Assembly (NCBI GenBank): GCA_033442325.1
Contig: JAWQFM010000016.1
Location: 31,540 to 95,539, forward strand
Source of the DNA: Salpingoeca rosetta
Taxonomy: Eukaryota > Protista > Choanoflagellata
Direction: 5' to 3'
Length of the DNA stretch: 64,000 bases
Part shown: positions 1 to 16,228 of the stretch, piece after piece
Layout: each line of letters begins with the position of its first letter
Position numbering within the stretch: the stretch's first letter is position 1
The notes under the pieces: generated by a model
What the model saw: the letters and a program-made list of their open reading frames with translations, nothing else
The model's database searches: none
Told to the model about the DNA's origin: nothing
Program-made: the position numbers and the translations under genes

Positions 1-228
1 AGAGGAAGAAGTGGGACTACTCAATCTCCACCTCTCCTGTCGATGGATGGGTCATCAATGTGGTCGTGGTGACTGATTGTTCGTTGGTGGGTTGGCGATG
101 TGCGTGGTGCATCACCAGGAGAAGGAAAATGGACAATGATGGAAGGAAAGAATGGATGGATGAAAGGAAGGAAGGGAGAAGGAAGAAGAGAGCCCGCTCC
201 CCCACACCCTCCCCCCACATGGGTGTGT

Positions 229-296
<68 letters not shown>

Positions 297-694
297 CAGC
301 GAGGACGACGAAGGGAAGGAAGGAAGGAAGGAACGTGGCACGCACAACCACCAATGTGTGTGTGCGTGTGTGTGCGCACGAACCAATGACACATCCCCAC
401 CTCACCCCACCTCACCTCACCCCACCTCACCTGCCTGTCAGCTGCGACGACGACGACCATGATCACCATCACCATTCCCATCACCATCACACACACACCA
501 GCTGCTGCGCAGAAGAAGGAGAATGAAGCAACGGCGAGTGGATTGGTTTTGGTTGGTTTGAAAGCAGAATCGGTTGTTTGCTCGTTTCTGCTTGCTGCTG
601 GTTTTTGGTGTGTGTGCGATTCTTCTCTTCTTCTTCTTCTTGCTTGCTGCTTGCTGGCTCTGCCTTCATAAATTGCTTGTCTTACTCTTCTGTC

Positions 695-813
695 GGCAAC
701 GTTCATACCAACGGGATCACGCCCGCTCTCGTCCGATCGCGGAAGCTAAGCCCGTTTGGGCCCGTTCAGTACTGCCGTGGGTGACCAGGCGGGAATCACG
801 GGTGATGTTGCTC
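695..813 (+). rRNA. 5S ribosomal RNA gene (single copy in window)
   Basis: ~119 nt with 5S hallmarks CATACC, CGCCCG.TCTCGTCCGATC, box A GAAGCTAAGC, loop E TCAGTA and box C GTGGGTGACC. The helices pair: GGCAAC/GTTGCT, AACGGG/CCCGTT, CCCGT/ACGGG, CTGCC/GGCGG. Confidence 0.95.
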
Positions 814-816
814 TTC

Positions 817-825
817 TTTTTTTTT
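817..825 (+). terminator. RNA polymerase III oligo-T terminator of the 5S gene
   Basis: T9 run 4 nt after the 5S 3' end. Confidence 0.85.
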
Positions 826-1274
826 CTCTCTCTTCATATGGGGCGCTGTGGCTGCTGCTGTGGTGGCTGCTGCTGTGGTGGTTGCTATCTCACTTCCCTC
901 TTCTCTCTCCTCTTGGCTTGGTGCTCGGTTCGGTTTACTTCTTCTTCTTCTTTGCTGAGCTGACTTGCTTGCTTCGACTTCGTGGGGTGAAGAGATGGTG
1001 GCGTGCGTTGGCTCACCTCCCTCTTTCTTGTTTCTCTCTTGTTGCTTGTCTGCAGCGTTGCTTTGCTTCACACACACACGTACACACACACACACTGCCT
1101 GGCTGACATCGTGTCATCTCAACGCGTTTACTTCCATGTACTGACGCAGAGGTAACCACAAAGGTGTGCTGAGCTAATGAACTTGTGACAGAGCTGATCT
1201 TGGTTACGCTGTTAGACATCTTCGTCCTCTCCTCATCCTCCTCCTCATCATCATCGTCATTGCACGCAAACACA

Positions 1275-1508
1275 TCACATGGGTGCATTATCCTTTGCCG
1301 CCTTTCGTCGGTGGGCGTGGGTGTTGCACCATACAGACTCCTGCATCACATCGTGTGGCGTCTCATTGGGCGTGTGGTACGCCAGCCCTTCCACTTGCAT
1401 CTTTCCCCTGCGAGCATTTGCGTGTGTGTGTGCGCATGAAGGTGTTGGTGATGGCAGCGAGGTGTTGTGAGGTACCCGCGCTGATTCGCACCTCTGCGCG
1501 CGATCCCC

Positions 1509-1599
<91 letters not shown>

Positions 1600-1908
1600 G
1601 CTACGCGTTGTCGCCAATGAACAGGTTGATCCTGGCAGACTCTGACAGTAGCAAATAGCACATTCATGACACACGAGTTGGCAGATGGTGAGAGTGGTTG
1701 AATGGACACGAGAACAAGCGAGCAACGCACACACCACACCACAAACGTCGCCACACTCACTCCACAACTCCCTGTCCCAATGACTCGCTCCCTCACCTGT
1801 GTGCACTTCGGTGGAGAGAGACTTGAAGAACTCCTCAAACACAAACACAACGCGTCTCCGCATCATCTCCACCACCTCATCAGGGATCGACCGCAGTATC
1901 CTCGGAAG
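1275..1908 (-). pseudogene. Exostosin (GT47)-like 3' gene fragment, probable relic
   Basis: Exon 1908-1797 (ttcag|...|gtgagg) encodes LPRILRSIPDEVVEMMRRRVVFVFEEFFKSLSTEVHT, resembling the end of the EXT GT47 domain. The next exon (from 1641) gives ESARINLFIGDNA then TAG at 1603-1601, one codon before a GT donor. Further exon-like pieces run to 1275. No upstream EXT exons are present. Confidence 0.5.
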
Positions 1909-1917
1909 CTGAACATC

Positions 1918-2021
<104 letters not shown>

Positions 2022-2063
2022 CACATGCTCTCACACACACACACACAAAACACACACACACGC

Positions 2064-3386
2064 TCAGCATCCTGGATCGACGAGGAGGAGGTCCTGGACC
2101 AGCCAGGGGATGCCATACAGCAAACCATTGTGGGCCAACACGCCATCGTACCACTTCTGGGTGCCAGTTGGAACGGGCAGCGTGGTTGTGTCGGTGGTGT
2201 TGGCTGTTGGGTCAATAACGAGCACGGACGTTGCGCGGCGGGGGATGCCAATGATTTTGCCGTTGTGCGTCAGCACGCCGCCCCGCCACTTGTTGTTGCC
2301 ATTCGGAAGACCGGCGATGGACGTAGTGTCGGTTGCGTTGGTGGTGGGATGGACAATGAGCACGGATGTGGCAGTGAATGGGATGCCGTAGATGAGGCCG
2401 TTCTCCGCGAGCACGCCGCCTTGCCATGCCGCTGAGCCCGGCAGTTCGGCGATGGTTGTAGTGTCGGTTGCGTTGGTGGCTGGGTCGATGATCAGCACAG
2501 ACTCCGCATTGCGCGGGATGCAGAAGATGAGGCCGTTATGTGCTTGCGCGCCACCGTACCACTTTGCGAAGTTCGCGTCGGAGAGGAACAGCGTCGTTGT
2601 GTCGACGACATTTGCGGCTGGATCAACAAGGAGGATGGATGGCGAGTTCCACGGAATGCCGTAGATGAGGCCGTTGCTCGCAGCCACGCCGCTGATCCAC
2701 TTGCCTCCGCCGTCTATTATCCCACCAAGCGTGGTCGTGTCCACTGTGTTTGTGCTGGGGTCAATGATCAGCACAGCTTCGGCGTCGTGAGGGAACCCGT
2801 AGATGAGGTTGTTGTGAGCCAGCACGCCACCTGCCCATTTCGCTCCACCAGACTTCAGGCTGTTAATGGTGGTGGTGTCAACCACTGTTGTCGCTGTTGT
2901 TGTGGGTGTCGCTGCTGTTGTGGGTGTCGCTGTTGTTGTTGTTGGTGCCGCCGCTGTTGTTGCGGATGGGTCAATGATGAGCACGGAGGCGGAGTTGTAT
3001 GGGATGCCGTAAATGAGGCCGTTGCTGGCGGCGACGCCACCAACCCAATCGGAGTTTCCAGTGCCAACGCCTGGGATGCTGTTGACGGTGGGCTGGAACC
3101 GGCGACACAGCGCAGCCTCAAACGCCTCGTTCTGCGCTCTCAGGGCTTGGTTGACACTCCGCTGCTGGTGCAGCATGCTCGCTTGCATCTGCACGGTTTC
3201 GAACAGCTGGGCAACGTCAACCCCATTCACAAACACTGGCTCATGCACCGGGTCGCTCGTGTTGATGTGCATCGCCCCATTCTCGTCTTCCATCAGCACC
3301 ACTACCTCGCCACCATCGCTCAGCGCCAGCGCCACAGCCAAGAGCACGAAGAGCACGACGAGGAACATCCTTCGCACAATCATCAT
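2064..3386 (-). CDS. Intronless secreted protein: signal peptide, short coiled coil, seven WxGGxxAxNGxIYxIP repeats (predicted 7-bladed beta-propeller)
   Basis: Single ORF with ATG at 3386 (alternative ATG at 3431), hydrophobic N-terminus MFLVVLFVLLAVALALS, and seven ~50-aa repeats W-x-GGV-x-A-x-NGLIYGIP-x3-A-x2-VLIIDP-x-TN-x2-DTTT. Confidence 0.85.
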   Translation of the reverse strand: MMIVRRMFLVVLFVLLAVALALSDGGEVVVLMEDENGAMHINTSDPVHEPVFVNGVDVAQLFETVQMQASMLHQQRSVNQALRAQNEAFEAALCRRFQPTVNSIPGVGTGNSDWVGGVAASNGLIYGIPYNSASVLIIDPSATTAAAPTTTTATPTTAATPTTTATTVVDTTTINSLKSGGAKWAGGVLAHNNLIYGFPHDAEAVLIIDPSTNTVDTTTLGGIIDGGGKWISGVAASNGLIYGIPWNSPSILLVDPAANVVDTTTLFLSDANFAKWYGGAQAHNGLIFCIPRNAESVLIIDPATNATDTTTIAELPGSAAWQGGVLAENGLIYGIPFTATSVLIVHPTTNATDTTSIAGLPNGNNKWRGGVLTHNGKIIGIPRRATSVLVIDPTANTTDTTTLPVPTGTQKWYDGVLAHNGLLYGIPWLVQDLLLVDPGC

Positions 3387-3568
3387 CGCCGCCGCTGCGG
3401 TTGTTTGCCGTTGGCGAATATGATCCATCATCTTTCCCAGCACACTGAATTCAGTCTACGCTCGCAGCTTTTTTGGCGCGCACTTTCAATGTGTGTGTTG
3501 TGGACATCCCAGCGCACAGCACACCACACCACAACGCAGCACAGCACAGCAGAGAGCACAGCCCGGGG

Positions 3569-4502
3569 ATGGACCAACACCCAGCACAGCCACCATCGAC
3601 ACCATCACCAGCACCACGAATCACGGCAGCAACTGCAAAGCACGGGGCAACTGCCATGCCAACAGCTCAGATGCACATGCATCAGCGCTTCACGACAACG
3701 ACACCAAGCTCACCCTGGTCGACCCCGCACGACAGCAGTGGCAGCAAGATCAGCAGCAAGGGTCGTGGCATCCGAATGGCCGGGCGAAGCAGTAGCTGGG
3801 GCAGCAGCGGAGACACCGGTTCATCTGGGCCGCCGACGTCGTTTTCAGCATCAGCAGCAACAGCACCGTCACTTGCGGCCATGCAGGCGCAACGACAGCA
3901 GCAAGCGGGGCTGGGCAGGACGCTGACGTCCTTTGGCTCGCAATCGCAACACTTGCAGGATCATGCGATGGCCAGGCAGCCACGCCAGGAGCAGCAGCAG
4001 CAGCAGGGACGTGGGCAGCTCTTGTTTGGGGCTGGAACAGGACAGCAGGCTGAGCCGCACCATCAGCAACAAGGTGCGCAGTCTGCAGGGACGCGTTGGT
4101 GTTTGCGCGTTGTTGAACCAGCTCCACGCGAACGGCAGCGACAGCCGCATTCGGACCGGCAACATCAGCAGAACGGCCGGTTTGCAACTGGCATGTTTGG
4201 GCAGGACGGTGACGCAGGGCGGAGGCTACGACCGACAGTTGCGCCGCGACGGAACGCCAAGCGGGATGTGGAATCGCACATGGACACGTCTCAGGAGGAC
4301 GACTATGATGAGGGCGAGCGCCCAAGCAAGATGCCGTCTCCATACAAGCCAAACCCCACGCTTGTATTCGGTGAGTGCGTGTGAGCGTGTGTGTGTGTGT
4401 GTGTGTGTGCGTGTATGCGTGCAATTGCGATGGTTTGCCCCTCTACTCCTTACCTCGTACTCACCTTGCTGGTTTTTGTTTTGTCTTCAACTCACGTCGT
4501 TG

Positions 4503-4541
<39 letters not shown>

Positions 4542-4550
4542 TACACGCAT

Positions 4551-4594
<44 letters not shown>

Positions 4595-5467
4595 GGTTCT
4601 GCAGCGCGAACGCTGGAGCTGCTTCGACAAGGAGCGAGAGCACAGACAGCAAAGCCCAAGCAACAGCCACTGCCCGCGCATCCGTCGCCGCACGCCTGCA
4701 GTGCACCGAATGCCGTTGGCACAGCGAGCAGTCCACGCTTCACCAGCATGGACACGGACCCTGTGCACCCGAACCAGCAGCGCGCTGGGCAGCGGCAATT
4801 GCCGTTCGCACCACACCCTCCGTACACATCAACCCAATCTCCGCAACGACACCGACAGCAACACGCGCCACGACAACAGCAGCAACAACACGCACAACAA
4901 CACTACCCACAACAACAACAACAACACCACCACCACCCACAACAGCAACAGCAGCAGCAGCAGGACATGGCGGATGACTCAGAGGAAGACACGTACCCGT
5001 GTCGTGTGTGCTGCCATCCCAACCCAGTGTCGCGGCTGCTACAGTGCTCATTCTGCGATGGACCAGCCTGTGCCGGCTGTGCAAATGCGTGCGATGGATG
5101 CCACTTCCATTTTTGCAGCCTGTGCTGCGTCGCAAAGTCAGTTATGCACATGTGTGTGCATGTGCGTGTATGCACGTGGCGCTATGTGTGCGTGTGTGCG
5201 TGTGGAAGTGTGTGTATTTGCTTGTGTACTGCTTGCTCGTTGTGTATGTGCGTGTGTATTTGCTTTTGTGCACTGCTTGCTCGTTGTGTATGTGCGTGTG
5301 TGCTTGTAAACGATGATGTCGGGTTTCCTCATCCACATCCCATTCGCCACGTCTCACGATCACCGCCCTCTCATATCCCCCTCCCTGTCCTCGGATTTCC
5401 CACCAACAGTTTCGATCAACAGCGCGATCGCTACTTCTGTCTCTCGTGTCTTCAACAGCAGCGATGA
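3569..5467 (+). CDS. SIVA1: Siva-like apoptosis regulator / Cys-rich zinc-finger protein with Gln-rich linker (3 exons)
   Basis: Exons 3569-4370, 4605-5136 and 5410-5467 join in frame. VFARTLELLRQGA resembles Siva VFEKTKRLLFLGA. The C-terminus CRVC..CSFCDGPACAGCANACDGCHFHFCSLC..FCLSC has the Siva Cys spacing. Confidence 0.75.
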
Positions 5468-5787
5468 GCCATCACCATCCTCACCAGTCACCGTCACCAG
5501 GCACCGTGCTGCCGTTCCCATCGACGAATCCCCCCCCCCTTGTCCATAACTGACCATGTGATTTGTGTGTCTGTGCATCTGTTTTGTCTACCCACTGGGC
5601 GTGTGTGCCCGCTGACCATAATCAGAACCTGGCTGCGTTTAATGTGTTGTTTGTTCAACCGAGTTGAGATTGCAAACCCTCACTTTTCCTCATCCGTTGT
5701 TCCTCCCCTGTTCCCCGTATTCCTAAGAGAGTGCGCGCGCGTGTGTGTGGTCGCGCGCGCGTGTGTGTGTGTGTGTGTGTGGTGCGC

Positions 5788-7566
<1,779 letters not shown>

Positions 7567-7686
7567 GGCTTTGTTGTCGTGGTCTCGTGTGTGTGTTGTT
7601 GCACTTGCCATCAAAAAGTCATCCCAAATGACGAGAACGTCGCCATTTTTGCCTTTGACCAACAGCAAATTTGACTTTGGACCATA

Positions 7687-9405
7687 ATGAGCAGGAAGAA
7701 GCAGAAGAAGGCGAAGCAGCAAGCTGCTGTTGCTGCGGATGCCAGTGTGGACGGTACACTTGTGGACCAGACACACAGCAGGGCGGAAGCAAGTTCGAAG
7801 GGGGACTACACGCACGATGGCACTGCGCACGGCGATGGCGGCAGCAGTGAACAGCACCCTGAAGAAGTAGTACAACACCAGCAACCACAGAAACAAGAAC
7901 AAGAACAAGAGCAGACTGCAGGGGAAGATGACGCAAATACAAACAAACACATCGTGACCGCTGGGGAAGACGATGACGAGGAGAACGACAGTGAGGGGCA
8001 AGTCAGCGACGGTGAGCATGAGCAGAGCGGAGAGGGGAGGGAAGGCGGGCATCCTGGCAAACACGTTCCCACCCGCAAAACCACGGGCCTCCGATCAATG
8101 CTTGCGTCCATGTCTCGCGCGTTCAGGTCGGTGTGTGTCGATGTGTGTCGATGGGTGTCGATGTGTGTGCTTGCTTGCCTGCATGTGTACGTGTGTGTAT
8201 GTTCACCTGCACGTATACGCGTCGCGCGTGTGTGTATGTGCACCTACACGTATACGCGTCGCGTGTGTGTATGTACTCACCTGCGCTTGCGCCTGTTCGC
8301 TGAGAGCCGTTGCTTCACCCCCTGCATGAGCATGTGACGCGCATGTCTTCTTCTTCTTCTCACTATGCATCCGCACCTGCGTCACGTTTTGCCCATCAGC
8401 GGGTCATCCAGTGCACCGCAGGCAGCGACGCAGTCGAGCAAGGCATCCTCGAGTGCACCACGCACACAGACCATGAGGAAGAATCACAAGAGCAAAGGCC
8501 AGCAGCAGGACCTTGATGTTGATGCTGGTGCGGTGTTGCCGCTGCTGGTGCACTTTGAAGACCAATGGCGCCAGCTCTCCGCCAACAACCAGGTCAACAC
8601 AAGCAAGATCCAGGACATGGCCGCAGATGTCGCACATGCGCACGCGTTTGTCTCCGCCCAATCCCGCCAGTAAGTGTCATGTGTATCGTGTGTGTATGTG
8701 TTTGTGTGTGAAGAGTGTATAGCGCGCGCGTGTGTGTATAGCGCGTGTGTGTATATCATGTGTGTATAGCGCGCGCGTGTATATATCATGTGTGTGTTGC
8801 GTGCACGCATGTGTATATCATGTGTGTGTTGCGTGCACGCATGTGTGCATATCATGTGTCAACATCTTTGTACACTTATGTATCACACCGTGTGCACGCA
8901 TCGGGTCTCTCTCGTGTGCGAACGCAAACATGGTTGTTCTTGTGCACCCGCACATGGACGCCGCACCTGTACGCTCACGCCTCCCTCCCTCCCTGTTGTC
9001 TCTCATCCATGTGCCATTCGCCACTGTGCAGGCACCGCGTGCTTGCGCAGCAGTTCAAGGTGTTGCCGGAAGTGGCTGCATTGGCGGTTGCTGCGCAGGG
9101 GAAGATAGACGATTTGCACACGGAGCTGGTGGCGCTCGACGAGCGACTGCGCGCGTTTCAGGCCGTTAGACAGGCGTGCGTCCTGGAGAACACAAAGGTG
9201 TGTGGTGCCGTTGATCGTGAAAGCACGCGAATGCCGGCGAGTGAAGCTGTCTCCTCGTTGCTGTTGCATCCATCAACGTGCTCACTCCCTTCTTTTGTTC
9301 GCCTTGTCTTACTACCCCCCCCCCCCCCTACGACCATCGCTTGCACCCAACTAGGTTGCTGCACTCAAGGCTAAGCGAAAGAAGACACTCAAGGCAACAC
9401 CGTAG
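7687..9405 (+). CDS. Dysbindin-like coiled-coil protein (BLOC-1 subunit) with acidic N-terminal extension (4 exons)
   Basis: The spliced product contains DAGAVLPLLVHFEDQWRQL...QFKVLPEVAAL...CVLENTK, similar to dysbindin AGLELLSRYEDTWAAL...QLQQLPALIAD...CELERCK. Last exon 9355-9405 ends in TAG. Confidence 0.6.
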
Positions 9406-9683
9406 CTCCCCCCTCCCACACACACACACACACACCTGCTGTTACATGACACGACCGTCCTTGCTTTCAATAGACCAAAGCAGAAGAGACCAGTGTGATT
9501 TGAAGAGACGAGAGAACGAGAGAAGTGATTCATCATCATCATCATCAAAGGCAACAACCAATACAGAAAGTCTTGCTCCAGCAAACAACCCAAACAACAA
9601 CACAGACAAGCAAGACACACGACACCACACGCACACACGCACACACGCACACACGCACACACACACACACTCACTATCGAGTC

Positions 9684-12453
<2,770 letters not shown>

Positions 12454-12799
12454 TCACAACTCCTTTGCGAGATCGTGCGTGTGAATGCGTGTGAATGTGT
12501 TCGTACGTTTGTTGCTGGTCCTTTGTCACCCACTCTTAATCTGGTTGTCCCTGTGCTCAACGCCCATGGTTTCGCGGTTCGATGCAGTCTTGCGTTGCAT
12601 TGACACAACGAGCGGCTGTTTTCGTTGTCGTTGTTTGTTTGTTTTTATCGTTGTTTAGTTCGTGACGGTACCGCAGCACCTCCACGTGCATACAAAGTTC
12701 AATAACATCGCTCAAGGCGACCTGGTCCAGTACTCTCCCTAGTTGTGTGGCTAGTTAGACACAGCAATTATACAAACGCACGCACACGCACACGCACAC

Positions 12800-13489
12800 C
12801 TAATCACCACCATCAGCGTGCGCGAGGCCGTGCCTGTGCATGTGCTGGCTGCCCTGGGGCGCGTACGTGTGTGCGATGCGCGTGCGGGCAGAGGCGAGCA
12901 CTGCCCCGAGACAGTGCCGGTACGCGTGGTTGGCGCGGAACGCGTGCAGGTCAGCAGACGCGTGGTGTGGCGTGTGCACAACATATGCATCCGGAACAAC
13001 AAACAGGTTGAAGCGGGCAGCGACCAATTCCTCGATGTGCGAGACCTTGTTCCATCCAAACCCAAGAAACGTCTCGTCAAAGGGCGGCGCCGTCTTGGGC
13101 AGCACCAAATACGGCTCAAACCCTTGTTGTGTGTTGTGTGTTGTGTAGCGTGATGTGTTGTGTGAGTTGAGTTATGTGGGCGAGGGGGTGGGGTGTGTGG
13201 AAGAAATGAGTGGGCAGCCGCATGTGATGATGGGGCAGGAGGACTCGTACGCACGAACACGGGAGGTCCTACCTGATTGGTGCTGGATGAGGTAGGGTGC
13301 ATCTGCCTGCTTCCATCTTGCGAAATCGGTTGCGCTGTGTCCCTGGGGCCACTCGCTCACCCGGAACGGTTGCATCTGTGGTAGTGGTGGTCATGGCGCG
13401 TGTGAGAGCAGGAGCAGCAAAGCAGCACATGCATGCCAGCGCTTTGGAGTGGAGACATTCAGGTGCAACAGAAATGACTCGAGAACAAG

Positions 13490-13542
<53 letters not shown>

Positions 13543-15366
13543 GACACACACACAAACGTGCATACACACACACACACACCTGGCCTGTGCTGAGCTCCCA
13601 CAGCAACCGCTCCTTCGTGTCGGGGACGTGACGCTTGTACGACACAGACTCAAATGCCGGCACCACGAGCGCCGTGCCACGCGCTGCACCCATCGACGCC
13701 TGGCGATGACAACGCAACATGTCATGAAAGGGGGGGGGGAGGAGGAACGAGGATGAGGAGGAGCGTGAGGACGGAAGCAGTGGCAAACGAAACAAAGATA
13801 TCACACATGTTCAAATACACACAGACACAGACACAAACACACACACACACAGACACACGCACACACACACACACAGACACACACACACACAGACAGACAG
13901 ACAGACACACACACACACACAGACACACACAGACACGCACACACACACAACGCATACACCTCGATGTTGAGTTCGCCAATGCTGACGGCGCGGACGTGGC
14001 GGCCGAGGACGGCGTGAAGATCCGACCGGAACGAGAAGTCGACATCGAGGTGCAGGAAGTATGGCGTGCGGCACAGCGAGATGGCCATGTTGCGTAGGCG
14101 GTTGATCGGGTACAGGCTGCCGTCGTGGTCTGGGTCCTGGTACACCACGTGCAGCGCCACGTTGGTGAGGTGCAGCGCCGCCAGCGATGTGAACGCGTCG
14201 TGCTCGGAGATGAACACGGCCGCGCTGATGGGGCCCTGCCACGTCTCCGCCATGGCGACAAACGCCTGCAGTCGGTCGAGGGTGAAGTGCGTCACCAGCG
14301 TGATCTCGCTCTCGGTTTCCAGCGACGCGTCGTATGCAATGAAATACGGGTGCACGCGGAGTGGGGCTTGGAGCGCACTCAGGTACGTTGGAGGACAGGC
14401 TACTCGGACAGCACGCGGGATGGACGTTTGGCCCATCACACCCAGGATGGAGGATTGCGATGACGACGACGACGATGATGATAATGCCGACAGCTGTGGT
14501 CGTGGTTGTCTGTGTGCACTCTGCCTTGTGTGACCGCCTCCACCATCCTCACCTTGGTTCTCAAGCTCTTTTTGCTGTTGCTGCTGCTGTTGGTGTTGGT
14601 GTTGGTGTTGGAGTTGCTGCTGTATTTGTATTTGTTGCTGCTGCTGACGGTTGTTGACAGCCGTGGTGTGGCTGTCACATGCGACGTCGAGGGTTGTGCT
14701 GGTGAGCAGGGCCCCGTCAACGCGCCGAGAGATCTCGTACGCGTCCCTGAGGGCACGAAACGCATTGTCGTCCAGCAGTGTGGCCTGCATGTCCTTTGCG
14801 CGTGTGTTCCAGTGCACGACGAGGGCGTCGCGGGCAGAGCACTGCGTCTGCGCCAGCGAGTGTTCGCTGAGCTGAAAATTCCACACGCACGACAGCAGCA
14901 GCATCCACCTGTCAGCAGTATGTGAGAGAGTGTGTGTGTGTGTGTGAGTGAGTGAGTGAGGGAGGGAGGGAGGGAGGGAGTGAGGGAAGGAGGAAATGAG
15001 TAAGTAAATGAGTGAGCGAGCGAATGTGTGCGTGAGTGTCCATGGCACTGCAGCTCAATCACGACAACACCAAATGTGCAAGCAACTCGCACCCCGACAC
15101 AGCCCCCACTCTCCCTTTTACAGCACGCGGAAACTGACTCTGGGTGCTGGTTGAGGACGGCGTTGATAATGTCCTGGTCAGCGAGAGCAGTGGCCGTGAC
15201 GCCAATACGATTGTCAGAGAGAACAGCACGCGTCGTGTCGCGCCACACATTCGCCCAATTTCGCTGCGAACGACGACAAGAAAGGGAGGCCATACACAGA
15301 GGTGAATGCGGTGCTGTTGATGTGGGGATCACATTGGCCAAACAGCTGCGCTCTCCTTGAAACCTT

Positions 15367-15418
<52 letters not shown>

Positions 15419-15529
15419 CGACGACGACGNNNNNNNNNNNNNNNNNNNNNNNNNNNNNNNNNNNNNNNNNNNNNNNNNNNNNNNNNNNNNNNNNNNNNNN
15501 NNNNNNNNNNNNNNNNNNNNNNNNNNNNN

Positions 15530-15619
<90 letters not shown>

Positions 15620-16156
15620 GCCAAATGCATAGTCGCCTCCCGCCTCTCCGTTCCCCACCTGACAAGTTCTCGACGACGCCGATGGCCTCTTCGGCCTCAA
15701 ACATGGCGAAGATGCGCCAGAGCTCAGCAATGTCTGCGCGGAAGGTCAGGTCTGTGTCCAGCGCAATCACGTGCTGCACGTCTGCGAGCAGCGTAGGAAG
15801 CAAGAGCTTCAGGAGCGGATACTGGCCCGAGTAGTGGCTCGTCTCCACCCACGAGATGGCAGACAAGTGGCGGTCGCCGGGGTACAGGGTATAGTTGAAC
15901 GCACGAATGCCCCATGTGCCCAGCATCACATCCAGCACAGGCAGCGTCGCGTCATCTGCAGGACAGCATTGGAGATGAGGGGGGTGGGGAGAGGAGTAGA
16001 GATGAGGGGGAGGGAAGAGGCAGGAAGCGAGAGGAAGGGGAAGAAGAGAGAAGAAAAAAGAGGAGAGGAGGAGAGAGATGGTTGAGCCAGCACCACACAC
16101 ACAGGTACACACACATACACGTGCACACACACATGTACACACCCGTGCACACACAC

Positions 16157-16228
<72 letters not shown>

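Noticed and set aside
1-690. Possible exons at the window start (e.g. minus-strand ...THPSTGEVEIE*)
   Set aside because: No convincing splice sites or homology; cannot be supported without flanking sequence.
2538-3926. 462-aa plus-strand ORF, and similar long antisense ORFs at 25477-26538, 34152-35396 and 35578-36594
   Set aside because: Antisense shadows of GC-rich coding sequence with no domain features.
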